Position numbers and translations under genes: made by a program. The notes beneath the pieces were generated by a model that searched no databases, was not told the DNA's origin, and saw nothing but the letters and a program-made list of their open reading frames with translations. Below are positions 36,634 to 46,329 of a stretch of 64,000 nucleotides of DNA, piece after piece (positions within the stretch are counted from its first letter, which is position 1; every line of letters begins with the position of its first letter). The stretch covers positions 32,811-96,810 of the IMG/VR virus record IMGVR_UViG_2799113255_000001; one strand, 5' to 3'. This DNA is from a virus. Its lineage: Duplodnaviria; Caudoviricetes.

Positions 36634-38186
36634 GCGATGAAATGGATGAGGGCCGCGAAGAGCGCGGCTCGGGTCTGACGATGACCCACTCCCAGTCGGT
36701 GAACCGGCTGGAGGAAATTGACAGCGAGCTTGAGCGTCTCGCCGAGCTCAATTCCCTCACCCCCGAGGACGAGGCATACTTTGAGGAGCTCCGCGACGAG
36801 TTCTTCCGGGTGGATGAGCACCGCAAGCGCCTTGAGCGTGCCGCAGAACTTGCCCGCGTCCGTTCGGCCAAGGGGCAGATCGGCCAACCGGCCCGTCAGC
36901 GGTTGCGTATCGAGCGCGGCTCGAACTCGCAGGGCTCCCGCGACGACTACGACCGGGACGCCATCCTTGAGCCGGATTCGGTAGAGGACTGCCGGTTCCG
37001 CAACCCCTGGGATCTGTCCGAGGTCCGCACCTTTGGGCGCGGCGCAGGTGAGGTTGCTAGCGAGTTGCGTTCCCGCGCACTGTCGGCCATTGAGAAGATG
37101 CAGGGTGCATCAGACAACGTGCGCCAGGCTGCTGCGACCATCATCGAGCAGTACGACGATGAGCGTGGCTCTCTTGCTAAGCAGTGCCTAGCCACCTCCT
37201 CGCCGGCATACCTGCGCGCATGGTCCAAGCTGGCTCGCAATCACGGCGACTCTCTGACTGAAGACGAGAAGCGTGCCATCGAGTCTGTACGTGCGATGTC
37301 TCTGACCGACAGCGCGGGTGGGTACCTGGTGCCGTTCCAGCTGGACCCGACGGTGATCATCACCTCGAATGGTTCGCGCAACGACATTCGTCAGTTCGCC
37401 CGGCAGGTCGTGGCCACCGGGGATGTGTGGAACGGCGTCAGCGCGGGTTCAGTGTCGTGGACGTTTGCCGCAGAAGGCTCGGAAGTTGGCGACAATGCCC
37501 CGACCTTCGCTCAGCCGACGGTCACCACCCGTAAAGCGCATGGCTTCGTGCCGATCACGATTGAGGCGCTGGAAGACGAGGCGAACGTCACCGCCGAAGT
37601 GGCCAAGCTGTTGGCATCCGGTAAGGACGAGCTGGAGGCGGTCAAGTTCATCAGCGGTGTCGCCGCATCCAATGAGCCAATCGGTTTGATCACCGCCCTG
37701 GACGGCAGTGCCGCTGAAGTTGCCCCGAAGACCGCCGAGACATTCGCCCTGGCCGATGTCTACGCGCTCCAGGGTGCGCTGCCCGCTCGGTTCCGTTCGG
37801 CCGCTTCATGGTTGGCGAACAACATCACCTACAACACCATCCGCCAGTTTGACACTGCTGGTGGTGCTGCGATGTGGGAGCGTATCGGCGCTGATCGCCC
37901 AGCTCTGCTGTTGGGCAAGCCTGCGGGCGAAGCCGAGGCACTAAAGTCCGCTGCGGACATCAATGCCGCGGCCACGGCCGACAACCACCTGCTGGTGTTC
38001 GGCGACTTCTCGCACTACGTCATCGCCGACCGCGTCGGCATGTCGGTCGAGTTCATCCCACACCTGTTCCACACCGGTAACAACCGGCCGTCGGGACAGC
38101 GCGGCTGGTACGCCTACTACCGCGTGGGCGCTGGCGTCACCAACGTGAACGCGTTCCGCGTTCTCAACGTGGCCACCACCGCTTAG
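36630..38186 (+). CDS. Major capsid protein (HK97 fold with delta domain)
   Basis: N-terminal coiled coil, GGYLVP, FGDFSHY.IADR. Confidence 0.92.
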   Translation: MSDEMDEGREERGSGLTMTHSQSVNRLEEIDSELERLAELNSLTPEDEAYFEELRDEFFRVDEHRKRLERAAELARVRSAKGQIGQPARQRLRIERGSNSQGSRDDYDRDAILEPDSVEDCRFRNPWDLSEVRTFGRGAGEVASELRSRALSAIEKMQGASDNVRQAAATIIEQYDDERGSLAKQCLATSSPAYLRAWSKLARNHGDSLTEDEKRAIESVRAMSLTDSAGGYLVPFQLDPTVIITSNGSRNDIRQFARQVVATGDVWNGVSAGSVSWTFAAEGSEVGDNAPTFAQPTVTTRKAHGFVPITIEALEDEANVTAEVAKLLASGKDELEAVKFISGVAASNEPIGLITALDGSAAEVAPKTAETFALADVYALQGALPARFRSAASWLANNITYNTIRQFDTAGGAAMWERIGADRPALLLGKPAGEAEALKSAADINAAATADNHLLVFGDFSHYVIADRVGMSVEFIPHLFHTGNNRPSGQRGWYAYYRVGAGVTNVNAFRVLNVATTA

Positions 38187-38264
38187 TAGCACCACCCGGG
38201 GGTGGGTGCCGCACCCGGCGCCCACCCCCGGCCCAAACTCAAAAGCTATAGAGAGGCGAACAAG

Positions 38265-38507
38265 ATGGCGATCTGCAAGGCCATAGAACCGTTCTCGTAT
38301 GTCCGTGAAGATGGCGTGCTCGATGTCGTGAACACAGAACGCCTATTCGACTCCGAGGATCCAGTAGTCCGCAAGCGCCCCAGTCTGTTTGAGGCGGTAG
38401 AAACCGTGGTCGCACGGACTTCCCATTCCGAGACTGCAAGCGCAGCACCGGGAGAGGTTCGCACCACGAGTCGGCGCGGGCGTCGGCCAGTTGAGGGTGA
38501 TGTCTGA
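38265..38507 (+). CDS. Small head-associated protein
   Basis: DPVV.KRP.LF...ETASAAPGE.R; follows capsid. Confidence 0.65.
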   Translation: MAICKAIEPFSYVREDGVLDVVNTERLFDSEDPVVRKRPSLFEAVETVVARTSHSETASAAPGEVRTTSRRGRRPVEGDV

Positions 38508-39057
38508 AATCGGACCCGATGACCTACCCGCCGCTACGCGGGCACGGTTCGCGGATGACGACGCAGCGCAGGCTGCAATAGACGCCGTGCTGGCATCTGC
38601 CCGGAGATGGTGTGGCTGGCACGTATCGCCAGTTCAAACCGATGTTGAAATGGATATGGACGGACCGGGCGGACATGTGCTGTCTCTTCCGACGCTCAAC
38701 CTGATTTCAGTATCGGAAGTGACGGAGAGAGGTGTACCCCTAGATGTTTCGACATTGGATAAGTCGCGGCGAAAGGGGACGATCACTAAGCCATTCGGAT
38801 GTTGGACCCACAGAGATGGCGCAATAGTCGCGACAGTCACTCACGGCTACACGGAGGCCGAAGCTGCGGACTGGCGCCAAGCCATCGTCGATGTTGTCGG
38901 TACACGCTCCCTTGCGCAGATCACGACTCGCGACAGCGGCGACATGAAACGCAAACGCATCGATGATGTCGAATACGAGTGGTTCGAGAGCCTGGTGTCC
39001 ACCGACCACGAACTTGCCGCCAAATTCTCTGCGTTCAGGATCCTGCAGTCCCCATGA
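38500..39057 (+). CDS. Head-to-tail adaptor
   Basis: ARRWCGWHVSP...LSLPT...THGY. Confidence 0.78.
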   Translation: MSEIGPDDLPAATRARFADDDAAQAAIDAVLASARRWCGWHVSPVQTDVEMDMDGPGGHVLSLPTLNLISVSEVTERGVPLDVSTLDKSRRKGTITKPFGCWTHRDGAIVATVTHGYTEAEAADWRQAIVDVVGTRSLAQITTRDSGDMKRKRIDDVEYEWFESLVSTDHELAAKFSAFRILQSP

Positions 39058-39392
39058 GCTTCGGCGGCCAAACGGTCACTTTCGTGACCGTCACCGAAAC
39101 CGGCCAGCCCGGATTCCTTGGCGTCAAGGAAAAGCAGCGCACTGAAGTATCTGTGGCTGGATGCCACTTTCGGCCGTTTAAGACTGCCGAAGTAGTCACT
39201 GAGACTGATATCGCCACCGAAGTCTGGAAGTGCACCGCGCCACCGGAAGCGGCAGTCCTGGCCGCGAAATCAACCGGAGAAGTCAAGCACAACGGTCTGA
39301 CATTCCAGATCGACGGCCAAATACAGCCCAAATATGACCTCAGCGGCCAAATCGAACACGTAACCATCTTCTGCAAGAGACAGGCCAGCTGA
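39054..39392 (+). CDS. Head-to-tail stopper
   Basis: Synteny; GCHFRP; ATGA overlap. Confidence 0.7.
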   Translation: MSFGGQTVTFVTVTETGQPGFLGVKEKQRTEVSVAGCHFRPFKTAEVVTETDIATEVWKCTAPPEAAVLAAKSTGEVKHNGLTFQIDGQIQPKYDLSGQIEHVTIFCKRQAS

Positions 39393-39757
39393 TGGCAAAC
39401 CCACTGTCCAAGTTTGGCATATCGGATTCCGAACTAGCCGCAGCCATTGCTTCATCCGCCGAAGTTGATGCCGGACTGCGCGAGATGGCCCAGGAAGCCG
39501 CCGACTACTGGCGCAGCGTATCGCCGGTCGACACAGGGGAATACGCGGCATCCGTGAAGGTGCAGAAAGTCAAGAACGGGAAAGCGGCAGTGGGAAGCAG
39601 GCACTGGCGGGCTCACTTTATCGAGTTCGGAACCGGACCCGACACAAAGGATGGATCTAAGTTCGGCCCGGATACCCCCACGCCCGCTTTCGCCCCTGGA
39701 GCCAAAACGGCAGCGCACTACGGCGGCACCCTAGACGCAGACGGTATTGAAGTATGA
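39392..39757 (+). CDS. HK97 gp10-like tail completion protein
   Basis: SPVDTG.Y..S...AHFIEFGT. Confidence 0.78.
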   Translation: MANPLSKFGISDSELAAAIASSAEVDAGLREMAQEAADYWRSVSPVDTGEYAASVKVQKVKNGKAAVGSRHWRAHFIEFGTGPDTKDGSKFGPDTPTPAFAPGAKTAAHYGGTLDADGIEV

Positions 39758-40167
39758 GCGACCTCCTCGACGAAGACGCCCCGGATGCCGAGGATTTCGT
39801 CATCTGCGCCATGGAATCCGTGATGCGTAGCTCTGGCGAGAAGTTCACTGGAGACGAATGGCCGTTTTGCATCGTGCAGCGCGTCGCCGGGGATGACCTA
39901 CCCGAACAGGGGATCGACTATCCGGTTGTCCAGTTGGACTTCTACGCACCAGGTATCCAGGCCGCTAAGGCGGCAGCCAACGAGGGTCATCGCCGCATGA
40001 TGTACCTCGCGCGAAACCTCGTTGACATCACCATGTCTGACGGATCTATCGCCAACGCCGACTACGTCAAGACGTTCCAAAAAGCGGTCAAGCTCCCATA
40101 TGCGAACGATTTGATTCGCCGCTACTCAGCTCGCTACGAGCTGGGTCTCTCATACGTCGCGGTCTAA
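39754..40167 (+). CDS. Tail terminator
   Basis: PF..V.RVAG.D...RY.ARY; precedes MTP. Confidence 0.72.
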   Translation: MSDLLDEDAPDAEDFVICAMESVMRSSGEKFTGDEWPFCIVQRVAGDDLPEQGIDYPVVQLDFYAPGIQAAKAAANEGHRRMMYLARNLVDITMSDGSIANADYVKTFQKAVKLPYANDLIRRYSARYELGLSYVAV

Positions 40168-40248
40168 CCGCGCGCGGCCAGATGCCGCACCCCAGCCCAA
40201 CTTTCACGCCGGATTTCCGGTTCACCACCATCCGAAAGGACAGCCAGC

Positions 40249-41343
40249 ATGGCTATACCTGCAACCGGCACCACGTGGAAAGCCGGCGGCTTCAACGATG
40301 TCGACAACCGTTTCCTGGAGCGCGGTGGCCTCATCGCCGCCCTCGTCCGTGACGCTCGCGGTTCGGCAACGAACATTACACCTACCGATGAGAGCGGCAC
40401 TGTTCTGTGGTCGCCGTTCGCCCAGGACGGACAGCTTCGCGATGACCTGTTCGCATTCAAGCGGGTAGATGGTCAGTGGATCGCCAATCCTGACGCTAAC
40501 GAGGGCTTCCACCTCGTTGGCGCTTTCAAGGAAGGCGACGGCCCGAAAAAGAAGGGCAGCCTCGACACCGACGACTACATGATCGAGCAGTCGAACTTCC
40601 CGTTCGATTCGATCATCACCAAGGAAGAGGAAACGTTCTCCTTCACCGCAGTTGAGACATTGAAGCCGGCGTGGAAGCGGTTGCGTAACAACCTGCGCCT
40701 GAATGACGCCAACGGTGTGTCACTGTGCGAGGACCCCGGCCTGCAGAATGCCGTATGGATCAAGCCCCTGGAGGCCGACTTCGTTGACCGGCAGGTGCTG
40801 CTGCTGCGCGCCCGCAAGGTCGGCGGCAAGTTCATCTACACCTGCACCGGATACGCCTGCGCCCGCCTGTCGGATGTTGGTGACGCTCAGATGGGCAAGA
40901 AGGACGCCGACGCCGCAGAGCTGACCTTCAAGGCCATCCCGGACGGCTACTTGATGGGCTTGGTAGATGGCGAGTACGGACCCGCCATCAAGGCCGAGTG
41001 GGCTGGCGGCGATGGATGGTCAGCGCTTGGCGGCGTGCCGGTCCTGTCGGCTTCTGCTCCTGTTGCCACTGCGGGAACGACCGGTAAGGCGTCGTTCGTG
41101 TTCACCGATCCGACCGGCACGGGCGACCCGTGGACCATCACCGCGGAGAGCACCGTGGACGACGGAGTTACTTGGCTAACGGCCGTGCTTGACACCCCAG
41201 GTGCGGTCACCTCAACCGGCGGATCCACGACGGTCAAGGTCAAGTCAGTCGCGGCCGGTTCGACCAAGTTCCGCGCCAAGGTAGTTGGCAGCAACGGTGC
41301 TTCGGCTTACACGCCGAAGTCCAACGCCGTCACCGTTTCCTAA
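40249..41343 (+). CDS. Major tail protein with C-terminal beta-rich extension
   Basis: GAAAGG RBS; position between terminator and chaperones. Confidence 0.82.
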   Translation: MAIPATGTTWKAGGFNDVDNRFLERGGLIAALVRDARGSATNITPTDESGTVLWSPFAQDGQLRDDLFAFKRVDGQWIANPDANEGFHLVGAFKEGDGPKKKGSLDTDDYMIEQSNFPFDSIITKEEETFSFTAVETLKPAWKRLRNNLRLNDANGVSLCEDPGLQNAVWIKPLEADFVDRQVLLLRARKVGGKFIYTCTGYACARLSDVGDAQMGKKDADAAELTFKAIPDGYLMGLVDGEYGPAIKAEWAGGDGWSALGGVPVLSASAPVATAGTTGKASFVFTDPTGTGDPWTITAESTVDDGVTWLTAVLDTPGAVTSTGGSTTVKVKSVAAGSTKFRAKVVGSNGASAYTPKSNAVTVS

Positions 41344-41423
41344 CACAGACCTCACCTGGCGGGCGTATGGGCTGCGCCCGCCAGGTGAGCTCCACCTACA
41401 GCCCATAGCCCGAAAGGCCCACC

Positions 41424-41927
41424 ATGACCTCCGAAGATTTCAAACGCCACGTCGTCAATGCAGTTGACGCACGCGAACAGGCCAGTGAAGGCCGGTACAG
41501 CTTTCTGCGCAGCGAGTTCCGCAGTGCCAAGCCGACTTCCGAACGACCCGAAGGGGAAGTGTTCGAGATCCCCCACAAGGATCTGTTCGACAACGACCAG
41601 CAGGACCGCTGGGATGACCTGCAGGATCAGATCCGCCAATACGATCGCGAACCCGACGTACTCGCCCCGGACGGCACTCTGATCGCCAAGGGAAATCTGA
41701 TCTACCCCCACCACCTAGGCGGCGAACGCGTGAAGCCGTCATGGCCGGAACGCCTCGCCGTAGTCCTCTGGGGCGAAGAAGGCGCGGCCCGCGCCAAGGC
41801 TGGCGGAATCAACTTCAACGAAATCGAACTCGTCTGGGCCAAGCAGAAGTACGAAATGGATGAGCGGCTGAAGAACGACTCCAAAAGTGCTTCTAGCGGT
41901 AGCGGTGTGGCGCCAACACCCAACTGA
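41424..41927 (+). CDS. Tail assembly chaperone (G)
   Basis: Follows MTP; TCC-AAA-AG slippery site near 3' end. Confidence 0.82.
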   Translation: MTSEDFKRHVVNAVDAREQASEGRYSFLRSEFRSAKPTSERPEGEVFEIPHKDLFDNDQQDRWDDLQDQIRQYDREPDVLAPDGTLIAKGNLIYPHHLGGERVKPSWPERLAVVLWGEEGAARAKAGGINFNEIELVWAKQKYEMDERLKNDSKSASSGSGVAPTPN

Positions 41928-42270
41928 GATCGAAGACCTATTCCTTGACAAGGGACTAGACATAGGCGACTGGCACAGAGGTCTAATCTCCAGCCGGCGC
42001 CTACTGGTCATCTGCAGACACGCCCCAGAGGACGGTCCCTACAAAACCGCGCTGCGGGACGGGGATTACCCCGAATGGGTGCAGATGCTCAAGGAAATCC
42101 ACAAAGAGATAGCCCTGTATCGGGCTAGTAAGTATGTCGGCGGCGACCACGAATACATCCCGCAAGTGTTCCTTTCCCTCCCGGAGCGAATCGAACACTT
42201 CGGCCGGGAAGCCGCTGAAGCCGAGTTCATTGAGGAAGCCCGCGAGGGTTTGTTAAGCGACCTGTTTTGA
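41887..42270 (+). CDS. Tail assembly chaperone frameshift extension (T, +1 frame)
   Basis: Overlaps G in the +1 frame, opening right after TCCAAAA; IEDL..G..I.DWHRG..SSRRLL. Confidence 0.78.
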   Translation: MLLAVAVWRQHPTEIEDLFLDKGLDIGDWHRGLISSRRLLVICRHAPEDGPYKTALRDGDYPEWVQMLKEIHKEIALYRASKYVGGDHEYIPQVFLSLPERIEHFGREAAEAEFIEEAREGLLSDLF

Positions 42271-42282
42271 TGGAGGTGAGTC

Positions 42283-45200
42283 GTGCCAGTAATCCTTCCC
42301 ATTGAGGCACGGCCCGATAACCAGTCCTTCAAACGGGCCGCTGATCAGGCTGTGCGGATCTTCGCCAACGCGGGTGGGGAGTCGTCGAATGCGTTCGCCC
42401 GCCAGTTCACCGCCGGCTCAAAAGCTGTGCAGTCCGCGACGCGTACCTACGAGAAGGCTTACGACTCGATCGCGGACGCGGCCGGTAAGGCGAAGACGGC
42501 TGAGTCGCAGTTGCAGCAGCAGCGCGACAAGGCCGCGTCTCTTGGCGAGAAGATTGCCGCCGATGAAAAGCGGCTAGCTGACGCCCGTAAGTCCGGCGAC
42601 ACCGCCGCCATTGCCGCCGCCGAAAAGTCACTAACCCAGGCCCGGGATCAGCAGGCTCGCACCAACACTCAAATTGTCCGCACGGCAGAGAACCTTAACC
42701 GTAGCCGGCGCGAAGAAGTCCGCGGAATCAAGGACGCCGTATCTGCTTACCGCGAGCTGCAGGCTGCGCAGCAGTCCCGTGGGCCGGGCGTTATCTCTGG
42801 GATCACGAGTCAGAGTTCGGGGATCGTTGGGCAGCTCTCCAGTATTGGATCAGCCGCGGGTAAGGGATTTGTAGCCGGTGCTGCCGCAGCAATAGTCGCA
42901 GGCGGGCTGATCCAGGTCGGCGTCAAGGCCGCCGAAATGGTCCTCAGCGGATTCAAGTCCGTCATGGACACGGGAATTGACTTCTCGCGCTCGGTGAACA
43001 ACTTCAAGGGCGTCACCGAATCCACTGATACGCAAACACGTCAAATGGCGACAGCTGCTCGCGCCCTCGGCGCGGATACGACATTGGCTGGTGTTTCAGC
43101 ATCTGATGCTGCCCGCGCCATGACCGAACTCGCCAAAGCGGGTTTCTCGGTGGATCAGGCGATTGGTGCTGCACGCGGGACAATGCAGCTCGCAACAGCC
43201 GCGCAGGTGGACGCAGGCCAAGCCGCCGAGATCCAAGCCAACGCCATGAATGCATTCGGCTTGAAGGCGGGCGATGCTGCGCACATCGCTGACGTTCTCG
43301 CGAATGCTGCAAATGGATCGTCTGCCGATATCGCCGGGATCGGCCTGTCTCTAGCCCAAGTGGGTGGCGTCGCAGCTGGTTTCGGGCAGTCGATTGAAGA
43401 GACCGCTACGGCTATCGCGATGTTGGCCAACATGGGCATCAAGGGCAGCGATGCAGGCACCTCCCTGAAGACCATGCTCATTCAGCTACGCAATCCCAGT
43501 GACCAATCCGCGCAGGCCATGGATGAGCTCGGATTGAAGGTCAACGACGCCAACGGTCAACTGGTCAGCATGCGTGAGCTGTTCCGGCAGCTCGGCGAAG
43601 CTAAAAACCGCATGCCTACGGACATCTTCCAGCAGAACTTGGCAACCCTGTTCGGCACGGACGCGATCCGCGCACCATTACTCGGAACGGTATCGGCCTT
43701 CGACCAGCTTTATGCCACTGTCAACCGCGTAGGAACGGCGGGGCAGATGGCGAAGACCCAGATGGAAGGCTGGCCGGGAGTCGTCGAGGGCGTCAAGAAC
43801 TCTGCCGAGGCGCTGCAGCTCTCACTGTACGATGTTTTCAACACCCCGGCAGGACAAAACCTCGGCAACAAGATCGTTTCAGGTCTCAGTGGGGTAGTGG
43901 AGTGGGTGAATACCCACAAGCCGGAAATCATCGGATTCGTCACTGAATTCGCGTCGGCCATGGCTACCGGTACGGACGCGTTCCTTGGGTTCACGGCGCG
44001 GATACTGCAGGCGGGCGGATATCTCGCGGATGCGCTTGGGGTCGTCTTCGGGAACATCGGCAAGGCCATCGGCGGCGTCGTGCAGGCGATTGGCTCTGTC
44101 TCCAAGCACATTCCGGGGATGAAGGCCACCGGGGAAGCGATGGAGACCGCGGGCGGCGCGGTGCTGAAGTGGTCCAACGTCATGACCAGCGCCGGTACCA
44201 ACATGCGGTCGGCGGCCGACGGGATAGACCACCTTCGCGACGGCATCCGCGGCATGCGCGACAGTTTCACCGATTCCATGCGGGAAACTCAAGCGCAAGA
44301 AGAGATGTACCGCCGCAATGGCCAGGCTATCGAATCCCTCAAGGGCAAGATTGAGGAGCTTCCCGACAAGCCTAAAGACTTCGTCATCAAGGACAACTCG
44401 GACGAGGTTAAGAACAAACTCAAGGCCCTTGGTTTAGAGGCCAAGCAGCTGCCCGATGGGCGCATGGTCGTGCACATCGAGTACCGGGACCAAAATTCCC
44501 CAACGGTCCTGTCGCCCACCCAACAGTTGGGCGCCACAGGTTCAGCGCTCGACGCATTCGGAAGCCCGCTCGGTGGCGTCCTCGCCGCTCTGGGCAGCCT
44601 TCCGCCCGTGCCGCGGGTAGGGGTGTCTAACACTCCAATGAAGCCCAAGAAGGGCGGTGGAGATTCGAACGCTTACGTTGATCCTTCACAGTTTCAGGTC
44701 GGAGGCAACCCTTCATTCGCTACCCCGGGTGTTCCTGGGGTAGCGCTAGGTCCAGCTGGTCCTGTTGACGCACAACAAGTATTCGATGCCGAGTCATCTC
44801 TCTTGCGGGCAAAGAACAACCTCGAGCAAGACCGCCTCAAGGTGATTCAGCTCGAGCAAAAGGGAAACGCGGACCAACTCGAGCTGCTGCGCGCCAAGAA
44901 CCAGGTTCAGGAAGATGAACGCGCTTACACCTCAGCGCAAATGAAGCTGGCCGAGGCTCAGCGCGGCACCGTCAAAAAAATGAAGGGATTCGCCGATGAG
45001 ATGGGGGAGATCGGCGCAAAACTAGACGCTGATTTCGGCGCTTCCAAGGGACTTGGTGGATTCGCGGAGAACCTGGTGAAGTTCGTCGCTAATCTTGCGT
45101 TCGCGCCAATGTTGGGGCAGCTCAGCGCTATTGCTGCCGCTAACCCGTCTAAGGGCGGGTACGGGATGATGGGAATCCTTGGTGCGCAGGGTGCATTCGG

Positions 45201-46329
45201 GCCGCAGTTCACCGGCATTGCCCAAGACTCTTCGTACGCGGCATCGGGGATCGGACCCGCAGTAATAAGGCCAGGCGCATTCAGTAGTGACGCCGCGCTG
45301 CTAGCAAATGTCCCGGCAGGGCGTTACGAGCAGACGCAGGCCGCGGACCTCACCAAGGGGCTCGGCGACTGCTCAAGCGCCGTCGAGGATTTGGTGAACA
45401 TCATGGACGGTCGCCCTACGGGTGGCCGGTCCATGGCTACAGGGAACGCCGCGGAATGGCTGACCGCTCACGGCTTCATGCCCGGAATGGGTGGTCTCGG
45501 AGACTTCCGCGTCGGGTACAACAGCGGGCACATGCAGGCCACCCTGCCAGGCGGCACCCCGTTCAACTGGGGCAGCGATGCCTCGGCGGCAAATAGGGGG
45601 ATTGGCGGAACTGGTGCCGACGACCCGGCATTCACCTCCCATTACTACCGGCCCATGGGATCCGGCGCGGGGATGACCGTGCCGTCGCCCCCTGCGCCGG
45701 CGTATGCACCCCTGGCGGGGAACGCGCTAACAAACCCTGGACTCACCAACCCTGCGCCTGCCCCCAATCCGTTCATGGGAATGGGTGGCACAGGCGGCCC
45801 CACAGGGCCAGCGCAAGGACTCAGTCCCTCGGGACAGCAATACGGCGGTGTCACACCTGCATCCGGCTCCGGTAAGGGTGGGGTTGGCATGACCCCCGGA
45901 GGAACGCTGGACACCGCTATCGGCATGGCGGCGAGCGGACTGGACCTGTTGGCCCCCGGTGCGGGACAAGCGGCACAAACCGGAATCAAATTGGCCAACC
46001 GCGCAATCCAATACGGCGGCCAGGTTGCGGGCATCGGCGTCCAAGGACTAATGGACACATTCCTGCCCACTGGCGGTTCAGAGCTGGCCAACAAGTCTTG
46101 GATCACCAAGATCGTTGGCGGCATAGCAGGGGCCGCCCCAGCTCTGCCGAACATGGCGGGTAAGTCCACCGCCCCTCAAAGCCAGAACCAGGAAGACCCG
46201 AACGCGCCAAAGAATCAGGGCGGCAACACCACGAATATCACCGTGAATAACAACCGGGCTACCGAAGACGGAACCGGGCGAGATATCGCCTACCACCAGC
46301 AGGCGCAAAACCAGGCACCGGGGATGTAA
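42283..46329 (+). CDS. Tape measure protein
   Basis: 1348 aa, Ala/Gly-rich; TP901-type core (ELAKAG...GIKGSDAGTSLK); C-terminal DCS..GHM hydrolase-like motif. Confidence 0.93.
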   Translation: MPVILPIEARPDNQSFKRAADQAVRIFANAGGESSNAFARQFTAGSKAVQSATRTYEKAYDSIADAAGKAKTAESQLQQQRDKAASLGEKIAADEKRLADARKSGDTAAIAAAEKSLTQARDQQARTNTQIVRTAENLNRSRREEVRGIKDAVSAYRELQAAQQSRGPGVISGITSQSSGIVGQLSSIGSAAGKGFVAGAAAAIVAGGLIQVGVKAAEMVLSGFKSVMDTGIDFSRSVNNFKGVTESTDTQTRQMATAARALGADTTLAGVSASDAARAMTELAKAGFSVDQAIGAARGTMQLATAAQVDAGQAAEIQANAMNAFGLKAGDAAHIADVLANAANGSSADIAGIGLSLAQVGGVAAGFGQSIEETATAIAMLANMGIKGSDAGTSLKTMLIQLRNPSDQSAQAMDELGLKVNDANGQLVSMRELFRQLGEAKNRMPTDIFQQNLATLFGTDAIRAPLLGTVSAFDQLYATVNRVGTAGQMAKTQMEGWPGVVEGVKNSAEALQLSLYDVFNTPAGQNLGNKIVSGLSGVVEWVNTHKPEIIGFVTEFASAMATGTDAFLGFTARILQAGGYLADALGVVFGNIGKAIGGVVQAIGSVSKHIPGMKATGEAMETAGGAVLKWSNVMTSAGTNMRSAADGIDHLRDGIRGMRDSFTDSMRETQAQEEMYRRNGQAIESLKGKIEELPDKPKDFVIKDNSDEVKNKLKALGLEAKQLPDGRMVVHIEYRDQNSPTVLSPTQQLGATGSALDAFGSPLGGVLAALGSLPPVPRVGVSNTPMKPKKGGGDSNAYVDPSQFQVGGNPSFATPGVPGVALGPAGPVDAQQVFDAESSLLRAKNNLEQDRLKVIQLEQKGNADQLELLRAKNQVQEDERAYTSAQMKLAEAQRGTVKKMKGFADEMGEIGAKLDADFGASKGLGGFAENLVKFVANLAFAPMLGQLSAIAAANPSKGGYGMMGILGAQGAFGPQFTGIAQDSSYAASGIGPAVIRPGAFSSDAALLANVPAGRYEQTQAADLTKGLGDCSSAVEDLVNIMDGRPTGGRSMATGNAAEWLTAHGFMPGMGGLGDFRVGYNSGHMQATLPGGTPFNWGSDASAANRGIGGTGADDPAFTSHYYRPMGSGAGMTVPSPPAPAYAPLAGNALTNPGLTNPAPAPNPFMGMGGTGGPTGPAQGLSPSGQQYGGVTPASGSGKGGVGMTPGGTLDTAIGMAASGLDLLAPGAGQAAQTGIKLANRAIQYGGQVAGIGVQGLMDTFLPTGGSELANKSWITKIVGGIAGAAPALPNMAGKSTAPQSQNQEDPNAPKNQGGNTTNITVNNNRATEDGTGRDIAYHQQAQNQAPGM

